Assembly (NCBI GenBank): GCA_965662845.1
Contig: CBFIJD010000005.1
Location: forward strand, 1 to 64,000
Length of the DNA stretch: 64,000 bases
Origin: an uncultured bacterium
Lineage (GTDB): Bacteria > SAR324 > NAC60-12
Direction: 5' to 3'
Shown here piece by piece: positions 56,942-64,000 of this stretch; positions within the stretch are counted from its first letter, which is position 1, and every line of letters begins with the position of its first letter. A program made the translations under genes and the position numbers. Below the pieces are notes generated by a model. The model saw only the letters and a program-made list of their open reading frames with translations, ran no database searches and was not told where the DNA came from.

Positions 56942-57966
56942 AACTCCCACCGCTCTGGCAGCGCAAGCTCGGCTCCTGCCACATATTCTCGAAACGCCGG
57001 CTGGAGCGCATCCCGCACGATCCAGTTCCCGGTGTCTAAGCCGACCGCAGGGCTCTCTTCGACCTCACAGGCGGCGATCAGCGCAATCCATAGCAACCCC
57101 CACCCGCTCTCAAAACAACTGCTCAGCACTGGAGTGACCTGCGCCGCTCGCGCCGCTTGAATCCAATGCCGGGCTGCGGCCCACCCACCGAGCGCAGCGG
57201 GCTTGAGCACAATCGCTCGCACTGCGTGCTTGAGGGAGTCCCACCGCTCTGGTGTGCATTGCAGCGTTTCATCTAGCGCCAACGGCACGCTGACTCGCGA
57301 GGCTAACTCTGCGAGCCGCTCACTGTCTTGCAACGGCTCTTCGCAATACGCGATGTGGCAATCGGCGACCTCAGCTAAGACGCGCAGAGCTTCGCTCCAA
57401 GTCCAGGCACGGTTCGCGTCCAAGCGCAGCTCTGCCTCTGGAAAGCGTTCTCGCACCAGACGCACCCGCGCAATGTCTTCGTCTGACGATAAGCGCCCCA
57501 CTTTGATTTTATAGGCTGGGAAGTGCGGGGCTGTCGTCAAGGCTTGCTCTAACTCCTGAAGCGGAGCAGCCACTAAGCCGTTCAAACGGACTGGGAATTG
57601 GGGCGGCGGGCGCATCCAGCTCTTCAGCGGAGCGGGCTCTCGTAACGCTTGCGCGTGAAACGCACACATTTCAAAGCCGTTCTTCACAGACGGAGGCAGG
57701 GCTTGAAACGCGGGCAGTGCCGAGAGGGCTCGCCAGTCGCACTCCTCGCGGAGCGACGCGACGAGCCAAGGCAGCGACCGTTGAGCGATGTGCTCGGCCG
57801 TCTCTAAGTCTTCTTGATGCAAACCTGCGAGCGGGGCAATCTCTCCGACGGCCAGCCCGTCAGGAGTCTCGACTTGTAAGAAGAGGACTTGCCGCAGCGA
57901 GGCGTGAGGGCCAGAGGTGAGGGGGCGATCAAAGCGCAGCGCGAAGCGTCGGAGCGAGGCGTTCAC
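56905..57966 (-). CDS. enolase-superfamily enzyme (o-succinylbenzoate synthase / dipeptide epimerase-like)
   Basis: MR/MLE-family barrel with metal ligands ('LRLDANRAW', 'EEPL', 'DET'); 353 aa. Confidence 0.7.
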   Translation of the reverse strand: MNASLRRFALRFDRPLTSGPHASLRQVLFLQVETPDGLAVGEIAPLAGLHQEDLETAEHIAQRSLPWLVASLREECDWRALSALPAFQALPPSVKNGFEMCAFHAQALREPAPLKSWMRPPPQFPVRLNGLVAAPLQELEQALTTAPHFPAYKIKVGRLSSDEDIARVRLVRERFPEAELRLDANRAWTWSEALRVLAEVADCHIAYCEEPLQDSERLAELASRVSVPLALDETLQCTPERWDSLKHAVRAIVLKPAALGGWAAARHWIQAARAAQVTPVLSSCFESGWGLLWIALIAACEVEESPAVGLDTGNWIVRDALQPAFREYVAGAELALPERWEFQSAADGAGARC

Positions 57967-58148
57967 GCGGAGCTTTCCGCGCCGGACTTGGGCGTAAAGT
58001 TGAAGCAGGGTTTCCCAGAGACTTGCAGCACATATTGGGAGGGTTCAAGGCGAGTTTTGAAGCCGAGTTTGCGGCAGCCATAAGGCGCGTGGGGGTCCCA
58101 AGTGATCTGGTAAAAGCGGCATTGTCGGCAGCGGACGACGTCAGACAT
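57963..58148 (-). CDS. small Cys-rich (zinc-ribbon-like) hypothetical protein
   Basis: 61 aa 'CRQCRFYQ...HAPYGCRKLGF...KPCFNF'; 4-nt overlap with the downstream gene start. Confidence 0.35.
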   Translation of the reverse strand: MSDVVRCRQCRFYQITWDPHAPYGCRKLGFKTRLEPSQYVLQVSGKPCFNFTPKSGAESSA

Positions 58149-58149
58149 T

Positions 58150-59394
58150 TCAGGCAGAGGAGGATAGTTTTTGCGTGAGTTTCTGGACGACCATTTCGAG
58201 TTCTTGTCCGGTGAAAGTCGCGCCCGCGTTGTTTTCCAGAAATTCGTCGAGCTTGAGCAAAAACTGATGCTTGTGCACGTCTAGTTTGAGGTTCTCATAG
58301 CGATCGACCACCTGAAAGACGGAGATCGGCTCGCTGAAGCCTTCGACGCTGATCTCTGCTTGGCGGGCACAGGCGATGGCGTGACGGATGAGTTCATGCG
58401 TGTATTGCGACACCAAAATTTGGTCGCCGGTCCCGCTCTTGCCCAGCTGTCGCGCGATGCGCAGTTGATAGCCTAAGAGCGTGTAATGCTCGTGATTTTC
58501 TAAGCCGAGGGTGCCGACCAAACAGTGCCCTGTGTTGATGCCGATGCGCATCTCAACCCGCCGCGCGATGCCGTACTTTTCCCAGCTGTGTTGCAGATCA
58601 CGCAGACGCTCGCGCATCTGTAACGCGGCGCTTACACAGGCCAGCGCGTCTTCCTGCGCCCCTTTGCTGCTGGGTGCCCCGAAAAACGCAGTGATGATGT
58701 CACCGCCTAAGCGATCCAGCAGCCCTCCATTTTGGAGCACGACCTCGCCCATCACAGCGTAGTATTCATTGAGCAGCTCCATGATTTGGGAGGCTTCGAG
58801 TCGCTCGGTAATCTCTGAGAAGCCCACGATGTCACAGACCAACACGCTCACACGCATGCGTTTGGCTTCGGTCGGCAGCGGCTGGGATGCCAGCAGCGGG
58901 TGCAAGATCTGTGGTGGCAGGTAGGGCGCCAGCTTTTGCTGCAAATCGGCGGGTACGGCGCCGTTGACCGCTTCATGGGAGGGCGCTGCGAGCTGCCCTT
59001 GGAGCTGTCGCTCGGCCATGATTTTGCCGATGGCCAAACGTAGCGTCACTTCGAGCTGTAGCTGCTTCCAGGGCTTGAGGATAAACCCGAGCGGATTGGT
59101 TCGATCTGCGCGTTGACGGGTGGTCTCGTCAGGGTTCCCTGTGATGAAGATGGTGGGGAGGTCGTTGCCTGCTTCCAGGAGCTTTTTGCGGGTTTCGATC
59201 CCGTCAATTTGTCCGTCGAGCGAAATGTCCATGAGGATCAAATCCGGCGTTGGCGCGTCTTTCAGCAGGTGCAAAGCCTCTTCGCCAGAGGTGACGTTGC
59301 CGACCACTTCGTAGCCAAGAGTGCGGAGATTATCCGCCAAGGAAATCGAGAGAATGACCGAGTCCTCAACGATGAGAATCTTGGGAGTATGCAT
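58150..59394 (-). CDS. response-regulator receiver fused to class III adenylate/guanylate cyclase domain
   Basis: REC ('KILIVEDSVIL...LILMDISLDG') plus CYC domain ('VSVLVCDIVGFSEITERL', 'RIGINTGHCLVGTLG'). Confidence 0.85.
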   Translation of the reverse strand: MHTPKILIVEDSVILSISLADNLRTLGYEVVGNVTSGEEALHLLKDAPTPDLILMDISLDGQIDGIETRKKLLEAGNDLPTIFITGNPDETTRQRADRTNPLGFILKPWKQLQLEVTLRLAIGKIMAERQLQGQLAAPSHEAVNGAVPADLQQKLAPYLPPQILHPLLASQPLPTEAKRMRVSVLVCDIVGFSEITERLEASQIMELLNEYYAVMGEVVLQNGGLLDRLGGDIITAFFGAPSSKGAQEDALACVSAALQMRERLRDLQHSWEKYGIARRVEMRIGINTGHCLVGTLGLENHEHYTLLGYQLRIARQLGKSGTGDQILVSQYTHELIRHAIACARQAEISVEGFSEPISVFQVVDRYENLKLDVHKHQFLLKLDEFLENNAGATFTGQELEMVVQKLTQKLSSSA

Positions 59395-59425
59395 GGAGAG
59401 TCTCGACGGTGGGAGAGTGAACGGT

Positions 59426-59893
59426 TTATTTGTTTTCGTAGAGTGGGGTTGCCACGCGAATGGCGTCGCTGATGCGGTCGCGCTCTTTCATCAGTTTGAG
59501 CGCTTGATCTCCCCAATTCATCACTAACCGAGAAGTCTCTTGATCGAAGCCTAGCTTCTCACAGAGGTATTTGAAGTGCGCATACTCGGAGCGTCGGATG
59601 CTGCCGTCGACAACAGCGATCATCGCGAGGTAAAAGAAAATGTCTGCCAAATACGCGCGGTCACTGGTGAGAAAGGGGACTTCGATTCGCTCACGGCGCT
59701 GTGCTTTGGCGAGCAGCTCGGCCTTTTCGTCTTCATGATCTAGCAGGCTCACAGCGTCTTGGAGCAGCTGAATTTCATTGGGGTCTAGGTCGTTGTCAGT
59801 GAGGACCATGCCAATCATCGCGTAAGCCATCCACTTGCGTCCTTCAGAAGACAAATTTTGCAGAAAAGACGAATCGAGTTTCAGTTCATACAT
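59426..59893 (-). CDS. TerB-like / DjlA-N-terminal-like domain protein (hypothetical)
   Basis: Helical protein with 'IGMVLTDNDLDPNEIQLLQDAVSLL' (TerB-like pattern); start set at MYELKLD. Confidence 0.45.
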   Translation of the reverse strand: MYELKLDSSFLQNLSSEGRKWMAYAMIGMVLTDNDLDPNEIQLLQDAVSLLDHEDEKAELLAKAQRRERIEVPFLTSDRAYLADIFFYLAMIAVVDGSIRRSEYAHFKYLCEKLGFDQETSRLVMNWGDQALKLMKERDRISDAIRVATPLYENK

Positions 59894-60362
59894 TGGGCTT
59901 CTCTTGAGAAGAGTTGGTGAGTAGGCGTTGTCGGGCTTCTGCAGAGAGGAGCTGACAGTGGGTGACGGAACCAAACCAACGCAGGCGATGTTTTGCCACA
60001 AAACGATACAAGCGATCCAGAACCTTCATCGGGATGCGGTGGAGCATCCAAGCCAGCCAGTGCCCGCCAGTGCCCAAGTGTCGCAGCGTTTGCAGCACTG
60101 CGCGACCTTCCCAATAGAGCGCTTGCGCTTCCACGAGGATGACGCTGTCGGGGAGTGGGCTCTCTAGTTGAAAGCTCCGAACTATACGGCCAGCCTCAGG
60201 AGACTGCAAGGAAGCAAAGTGCAGCGTCCTTTTTGTGTCGAACCAGCAGAGGCAGCGGACGGTGCGGTTGCACAACACACAGTCGCCATCAAATAACAAT
60301 AGCGGGGTCTGCTGCGACCAGTCGTGAGGTTGGGGGAGCGCCGCGTTGGGTTCGATGCGCAT
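59886..60362 (-). CDS. DCC-family thiol-disulfide oxidoreductase (DUF393)
   Basis: 'LLLFDGDCVLCNRTVRCL' is the defining CxxC region of the DCC family; start set at MRIEPN. Confidence 0.75.
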   Translation of the reverse strand: MRIEPNAALPQPHDWSQQTPLLLFDGDCVLCNRTVRCLCWFDTKRTLHFASLQSPEAGRIVRSFQLESPLPDSVILVEAQALYWEGRAVLQTLRHLGTGGHWLAWMLHRIPMKVLDRLYRFVAKHRLRWFGSVTHCQLLSAEARQRLLTNSSQEKPNV

Positions 60363-60369
60363 GCTGGAT

Positions 60370-62148
60370 CTAGCGGAGCGGATGACCTTGTTCAGCCATG
60401 AGGTCGGGGTCGGGTAAGATGTCATTTTGTAAGAAGGATCGACGGACGATTTCTTTGAAGACGGGACCGGCGACTTTTCCTCCATAGGGGGATGTTCGTG
60501 GGTGTTCTACCACGACCAAGACCGTGAAAAGCGGTCGCGTGGCGGGGACAAATCCAGCGAAAAAGGCAATGTGTTTGCGGTTGGTGTAGCGCCCAGTTTT
60601 TTCATCAAAGACTTGAGAGGTGCCCGTCTTGCCTCCTACTTCATAACCAGGAATCGCAGCTTCGACGGCAGTTCCACCCGGGTTGGTCACGCTGACCATC
60701 ATGCGCCGAAGCAAGCGCGCCGTCTGTGGAGTGATGAGCTGTTTAGGCTCTCGGGGTCCAAATTTTTGCAGGGTGCGTCCCTCTTCGTCTTGGGCTTCCA
60801 GCAGCATGTCGCCGTCTTCGGTGTATGCATGTTCCACGATGAATGGCGGGACCCATTTTCCATCTGCGGCGAACACATTTAAGGCGCTAATCAACTGTAG
60901 GGGCGAGACTAAGATGCCGTGTCCAAATGACATCGACGCATGGTCGACGCGAGTCCAGCGTTGCAGAGGCAACACGCGACCAATTGCTTCCCCAGAGAGG
61001 CCGGATTCGGGCCGCGAACCAAAGCCAAAGCTTCGAATGTACTCATAGAACTTCTCCGGCGACATCATCGTCCCAATTTTGATCGCGCAGATGTTCGAGG
61101 ACTTCTGAATGATCTGCTCTACGTTCAAAATGTCGTGAGGGGAGGTGTCGTGAAAATCTTCTCCAGCGAAGCGATACGCCCCATTCTCGCAGAAAAATTC
61201 TTGGTCGGGAGTGATGAGTTTCTCTTCTAAAGCGGCAGCGATGGTGAGGATTTTCAGCGTGGAGCCCGGTTCATAGCCCACGGTCACGGCGCGGTTGAGA
61301 TAGCGCTCTCGTGGAAACTCTCGGAAGCGATTGGGATCAAAGGACGGATACGTCGCCATCGACAAAATGGCGCCGGTTTGTGAGTGCATCACAATCGCGA
61401 CGCCACGGTCAGCTTGGGAGGAGTTGACTCCCTTGCGCAAGGCCGCCTCGGTGAAGTGCTGCAGCGTGCTGTCAATCGTGAGTTGCAGGGAGTAGCGCCC
61501 CGCTCGCAGCGCTCCTGGCAGCGTGTGCGGAATGAAACGACGCGTGCCGTCTCGCTCGACGACGAAGACTTCGGGCTCGCCTGCCATCAAACCTTGATAT
61601 TGATATTCCAGACCTTCCAGACCTTGTGAGTCCACTCCTGTGAAGCCCAGCAGCGCTCCTGCGAGCTCGGCGTTGGGGTAATAGCGTCGATATTCTTCAA
61701 TGAAGCCCAGCCCGGGCAAATCCAGCTGTTCAATCTGCGTGGCAACTTGTGGCTGGAGCTGGCGTTTGAGCCAAACGAAGGATCGCCGTGAGCGTAGGTC
61801 TTTGAGGAGTTCAGCGCGAGAAATGCCCAGCAGCGGCGCGAGGCGGACTGCGGCGACATAAGGAGAATCGATGTCGCGAGGGCGGGCATAGAGTGAGCGG
61901 ACAGGGACTGAGACCGCGAGCTTTCGGCCTTGTCGATCTACGATGCTCCCCCGCCGAGGTTCCAGCGTGATTTTGCTTTGCTGCTGGTGTCGAGCCCGTT
62001 CAGCGAAGTAGTCGGCGCGGATGATTTGCAGATAGAACATGCGGCCCAACAGCGCGACAAGGCAAAACGCCACGAGCCCCACCACGGTCAGCACGCGCAC
62101 ATTGTAGGTGTGCAGCGAGAAGTGCGACTTAGGGTTGCGCGGCAACAT
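60370..62148 (-). CDS. ftsI: peptidoglycan D,D-transpeptidase FtsI (PBP3-like class B PBP)
   Basis: N-terminal TM, dimerisation domain and transpeptidase motifs ('STLK' in 'GSTLKILTIAAA', 'SSN' in 'KSSNICAIKIG', 'KTGT' in 'GGKTGTSQ'); ORF extends to 62265. Confidence 0.9.
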   Translation of the reverse strand: MLPRNPKSHFSLHTYNVRVLTVVGLVAFCLVALLGRMFYLQIIRADYFAERARHQQQSKITLEPRRGSIVDRQGRKLAVSVPVRSLYARPRDIDSPYVAAVRLAPLLGISRAELLKDLRSRRSFVWLKRQLQPQVATQIEQLDLPGLGFIEEYRRYYPNAELAGALLGFTGVDSQGLEGLEYQYQGLMAGEPEVFVVERDGTRRFIPHTLPGALRAGRYSLQLTIDSTLQHFTEAALRKGVNSSQADRGVAIVMHSQTGAILSMATYPSFDPNRFREFPRERYLNRAVTVGYEPGSTLKILTIAAALEEKLITPDQEFFCENGAYRFAGEDFHDTSPHDILNVEQIIQKSSNICAIKIGTMMSPEKFYEYIRSFGFGSRPESGLSGEAIGRVLPLQRWTRVDHASMSFGHGILVSPLQLISALNVFAADGKWVPPFIVEHAYTEDGDMLLEAQDEEGRTLQKFGPREPKQLITPQTARLLRRMMVSVTNPGGTAVEAAIPGYEVGGKTGTSQVFDEKTGRYTNRKHIAFFAGFVPATRPLFTVLVVVEHPRTSPYGGKVAGPVFKEIVRRSFLQNDILPDPDLMAEQGHPLR

Positions 62149-62503
62149 GGGCGGCGTATTCTTCAAGTGTGTAAATTTGTGAAGGATGCGGGAGCCCCAT
62201 GAGCATCTGCTCGCGCGCAATCGTTTCGATGCGCTGCGGGCGGCTGAGGTAGTCAATTTCGACACCGAGCATTTCCAGCCGAGTGCTCATCTGCTGATGC
62301 TCTTTTTCCAAATTTTGCACGTCATAGCTGACTTGGAGATAGTTCATCCATTGCCAGAGATAGAGTAGAGAGCCGAGCGTGAGTAGAAGGGCGAGGAGCA
62401 CCATTGTGCGGAAGGACTGGAGCGTGCCGCGCAGCAGCTGCGAAGTGTCACGCCATGGGATTTGTGAGCGTAGAATTCCAGGCTTGCGAGGTATGATTCT
62501 CAT
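62129..62503 (-). CDS. ftsL: cell division protein FtsL
   Basis: Small bitopic protein with a TM ('MVLLALLLTLGSLLYLWQW') and a periplasmic coiled-coil; directly upstream of and overlapping ftsI. Confidence 0.75.
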   Translation of the reverse strand: MRIIPRKPGILRSQIPWRDTSQLLRGTLQSFRTMVLLALLLTLGSLLYLWQWMNYLQVSYDVQNLEKEHQQMSTRLEMLGVEIDYLSRPQRIETIAREQMLMGLPHPSQIYTLEEYAAHVAAQP

Positions 62504-62522
62504 ATCCGATTTGATGCATCTG

Positions 62523-63008
62523 TTACGTCCATGTAGCAGACCGGTAGTCCTCTGACTTGCCTCCGGTTTTCTCTAAAAGATGCACAGATTCAATGACCAT
62601 GCCTTTGGTCACAGACTTACACATGTCATAAAGTGTGAGAGCCGCGATAGACGCTGCTGTGAGGGCTTCCATTTCCACGCCGGTCCGTCCGGTCACTCGG
62701 ACGGTTGCTGTGAAGATCGCGAGGCCGTCGCGCAATTCGGCCTCTACATCCACTCCTGAAATCGGCAAGGGGTGACACATCGGGATCAGATCAGAGGTTT
62801 TTTTCGCGCCTTGGATGCCGGCAAGAATCGCGGTTTGCAGGACGGGCCCTTTCTTGGTGTTGCCGTCTGCTTGCAGTTTGGCGAAGAGCTCGGCTCCCAA
62901 ACGAACGCTAGACTGAGCCGTCGCGGTGCGTGTCGTGATGTCTTTTTGCGAGACATCGACCATGCGGGGTTGGTCTCCTTCGCGGAGGTGGGTGAAGTCA
63001 GAACTCAT
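62523..63008 (-). CDS. moaC: cyclic pyranopterin monophosphate synthase MoaC
   Basis: Alignable to E. coli MoaC ('MVDVSQKDIT', 'DLIPMCHPLPI', 'GVEMEALTAASIAALTLYDMCK'). Confidence 0.92.
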   Translation of the reverse strand: MSSDFTHLREGDQPRMVDVSQKDITTRTATAQSSVRLGAELFAKLQADGNTKKGPVLQTAILAGIQGAKKTSDLIPMCHPLPISGVDVEAELRDGLAIFTATVRVTGRTGVEMEALTAASIAALTLYDMCKSVTKGMVIESVHLLEKTGGKSEDYRSATWT

Positions 63009-63756
63009 GGCGTAGCTCGTCGGTGAGAGGGGTCCACTCTTGGTTCAGATAAATTTCTGTGGGTTGGTAGTCTGCTTTGTAGCTCATCTTCGGGGAGTCT
63101 GGGACCCAATAACCGAGATAGAGCCAAGGTTTCTGCAGTTGATAGGCGTATTCAATTTCATATAGCAACGAGAACACGCCCAAGCGACGTTTGTGCTCTT
63201 GGGGATGGAAGGCGAAATACACAGAGCTCAGCGCGTTTGGGAGCAGATCAATCCAACTGACGCCGACGAGTTGCTGTGCAGAGTCTCGAAAGAGAATCAT
63301 TTCACTGGGCACAGGGCTTAGCAGTAAGAACTCTTCAAATTCGTCGGGAGAGGTTGGGTTTCCGCGTTGATGCCAGCCTTGTTGATAGTCTTTGTAGAGC
63401 GCGAAGACGTCTTCGCGGAACTTTGGCTCGCAATGCTCTGCGGTCAGGTCGGTGTTGCGTCGTTGTGCGCGGCGTTGGGATTTGCTTGGGCGGAACTGGT
63501 CTGTGTTGACGCGCAAGGGGATGCAGCGGTTACAGCTCTGGCAGATGGGGTGATAGACGGACGTGCCGCTGCGACGGAAGCCACGCTCGAGCAGCCTCTC
63601 GTAAGTTTCGGCGGGGAGATGGTCTGCGTAAAAGGTGAGATTGTCCCATTCTCCGACGGGGCGATAGGGGCAGGGGCCGTTGTGCGTGTGATAGACCGGC
63701 CAAGTCACTTCAGGTTGATTGGCCATGTTGGGCCTACTCAGGGAGACCTGTGGCAA
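62998..63756 (-). CDS. bpt: arginyl-tRNA--protein transferase family (Bpt; Asp/Glu leucyltransferase-type)
   Basis: N-terminal Cys-rich region ('CPY...FRRSG...YHPICQSCNRCIPLRV') and ATE_C-like C-domain. Confidence 0.85.
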   Translation of the reverse strand: MPQVSLSRPNMANQPEVTWPVYHTHNGPCPYRPVGEWDNLTFYADHLPAETYERLLERGFRRSGTSVYHPICQSCNRCIPLRVNTDQFRPSKSQRRAQRRNTDLTAEHCEPKFREDVFALYKDYQQGWHQRGNPTSPDEFEEFLLLSPVPSEMILFRDSAQQLVGVSWIDLLPNALSSVYFAFHPQEHKRRLGVFSLLYEIEYAYQLQKPWLYLGYWVPDSPKMSYKADYQPTEIYLNQEWTPLTDELRHEF

Positions 63757-64000
63757 TGACCGTTACCGAAACTTGGTCGTCTTGAGTGTCGGTGAGGTGA
63801 GCGCCCCAGATTAAGTTGACGTCTTCGTGCGCCATTTCTTCGAGCTGACTCATCGCTGCGGTGATCTCTAAGGCACCCGCATCGCGAGGTGCGACGACAT
63901 GGATGAGCACGCCCTTCGCGCCCCGGATGTCGTTGTCTTGCATCAGGGGGCTGTGGATTGCGTTGTCGATGGCGCTGGTCATGCGGTCTTTGCCTTTGGC
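63734..64000 (-). CDS. ftsZ: FtsZ-like GTPase, C-terminal part (partial; gene continues beyond window end)
   Basis: '...DVNLIWGAHLTDTQDDQVSVTVIATGLPE*' matches the end of the FtsZ core domain; the ORF stops immediately after it. Confidence 0.7.
   Translation of the reverse strand, partial: AKGKDRMTSAIDNAIHSPLMQDNDIRGAKGVLIHVVAPRDAGALEITAAMSQLEEMAHEDVNLIWGAHLTDTQDDQVSVTVIATGLPE

Noticed and set aside
1-64000. Scanned for tRNA/tmRNA/RNase P/SRP signatures, CRISPR repeats and IS/integrase genes.
   Set aside because: No T-loop-like GGTTCGAATCC/GGTTCAAATCC contexts, no regularly spaced direct repeats, and no transposase- or integrase-like ORFs were seen.

Overview
This 64-kb window is high-GC bacterial chromosome, around 57-60% GC by eye, with a lower-GC block at roughly 28.3-35.2 kb. 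I found no rRNA, tRNA, CRISPR array, transposase or integrase.

The centrepiece is a complete alpha-carboxysome (cso) locus on the + strand, with proteobacterial-type gene order:
- form IA RuBisCO cbbL-cbbS (23975-25783)
- csoS2 (25849-28329), with clear N-, M- and C-repeat architecture
- csoSCA carbonic anhydrase (28361-29884)
- csoS4A and csoS4B
- two near-identical csoS1 shell paralogs
- a bacterioferritin-like gene
- a pterin-dehydratase-like RuBisCO assembly factor (acRAF, 31661-31915)
- a small disordered ORF (31960-32181)

Convergent to this locus is a tight minus-strand operon, sulP (BicA-like SulP/STAS transporter) - csoS1D (tandem permuted BMC) - NUDIX hydrolase (32301-35163). A CbbY-like XuBP phosphatase sits 12 kb upstream at 11035-11802. 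No cbbR, cbbX, cbbQ/O, ParA-type McdA or DAB genes are visible.

The flanks carry ordinary housekeeping and signalling genes:
- a CDC48-like double-AAA ATPase
- a methyl-accepting chemotaxis protein
- homocysteine S-methyltransferase, MsrB and MsrQ
- tsaD, aat, bpt, clpS
- panE-HDAC-rbgA
- LivJHM without the ATPase genes
- HtrA
- several PAS histidine kinases and a REC-adenylate cyclase
- ftsL-ftsI, moaC, and a partial ftsZ-like gene at the window end

The most notable observations are:
- the unusual carboxysome accessory architecture and the sequence motifs shared between the cbbL and sulP upstream regions
- an orphan McdB-like disordered ORF
- a strongly RBS-preceded 45-aa ORF in the 840-bp cbbL leader
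- a GIY-YIG/DUF4357 nuclease coupled to a small membrane protein and an acidic protein
- a ParB-like/FIST gene pair
- a sensor kinase split across two frames
- an FtsZ-like gene whose ORF stops right after the GTPase core
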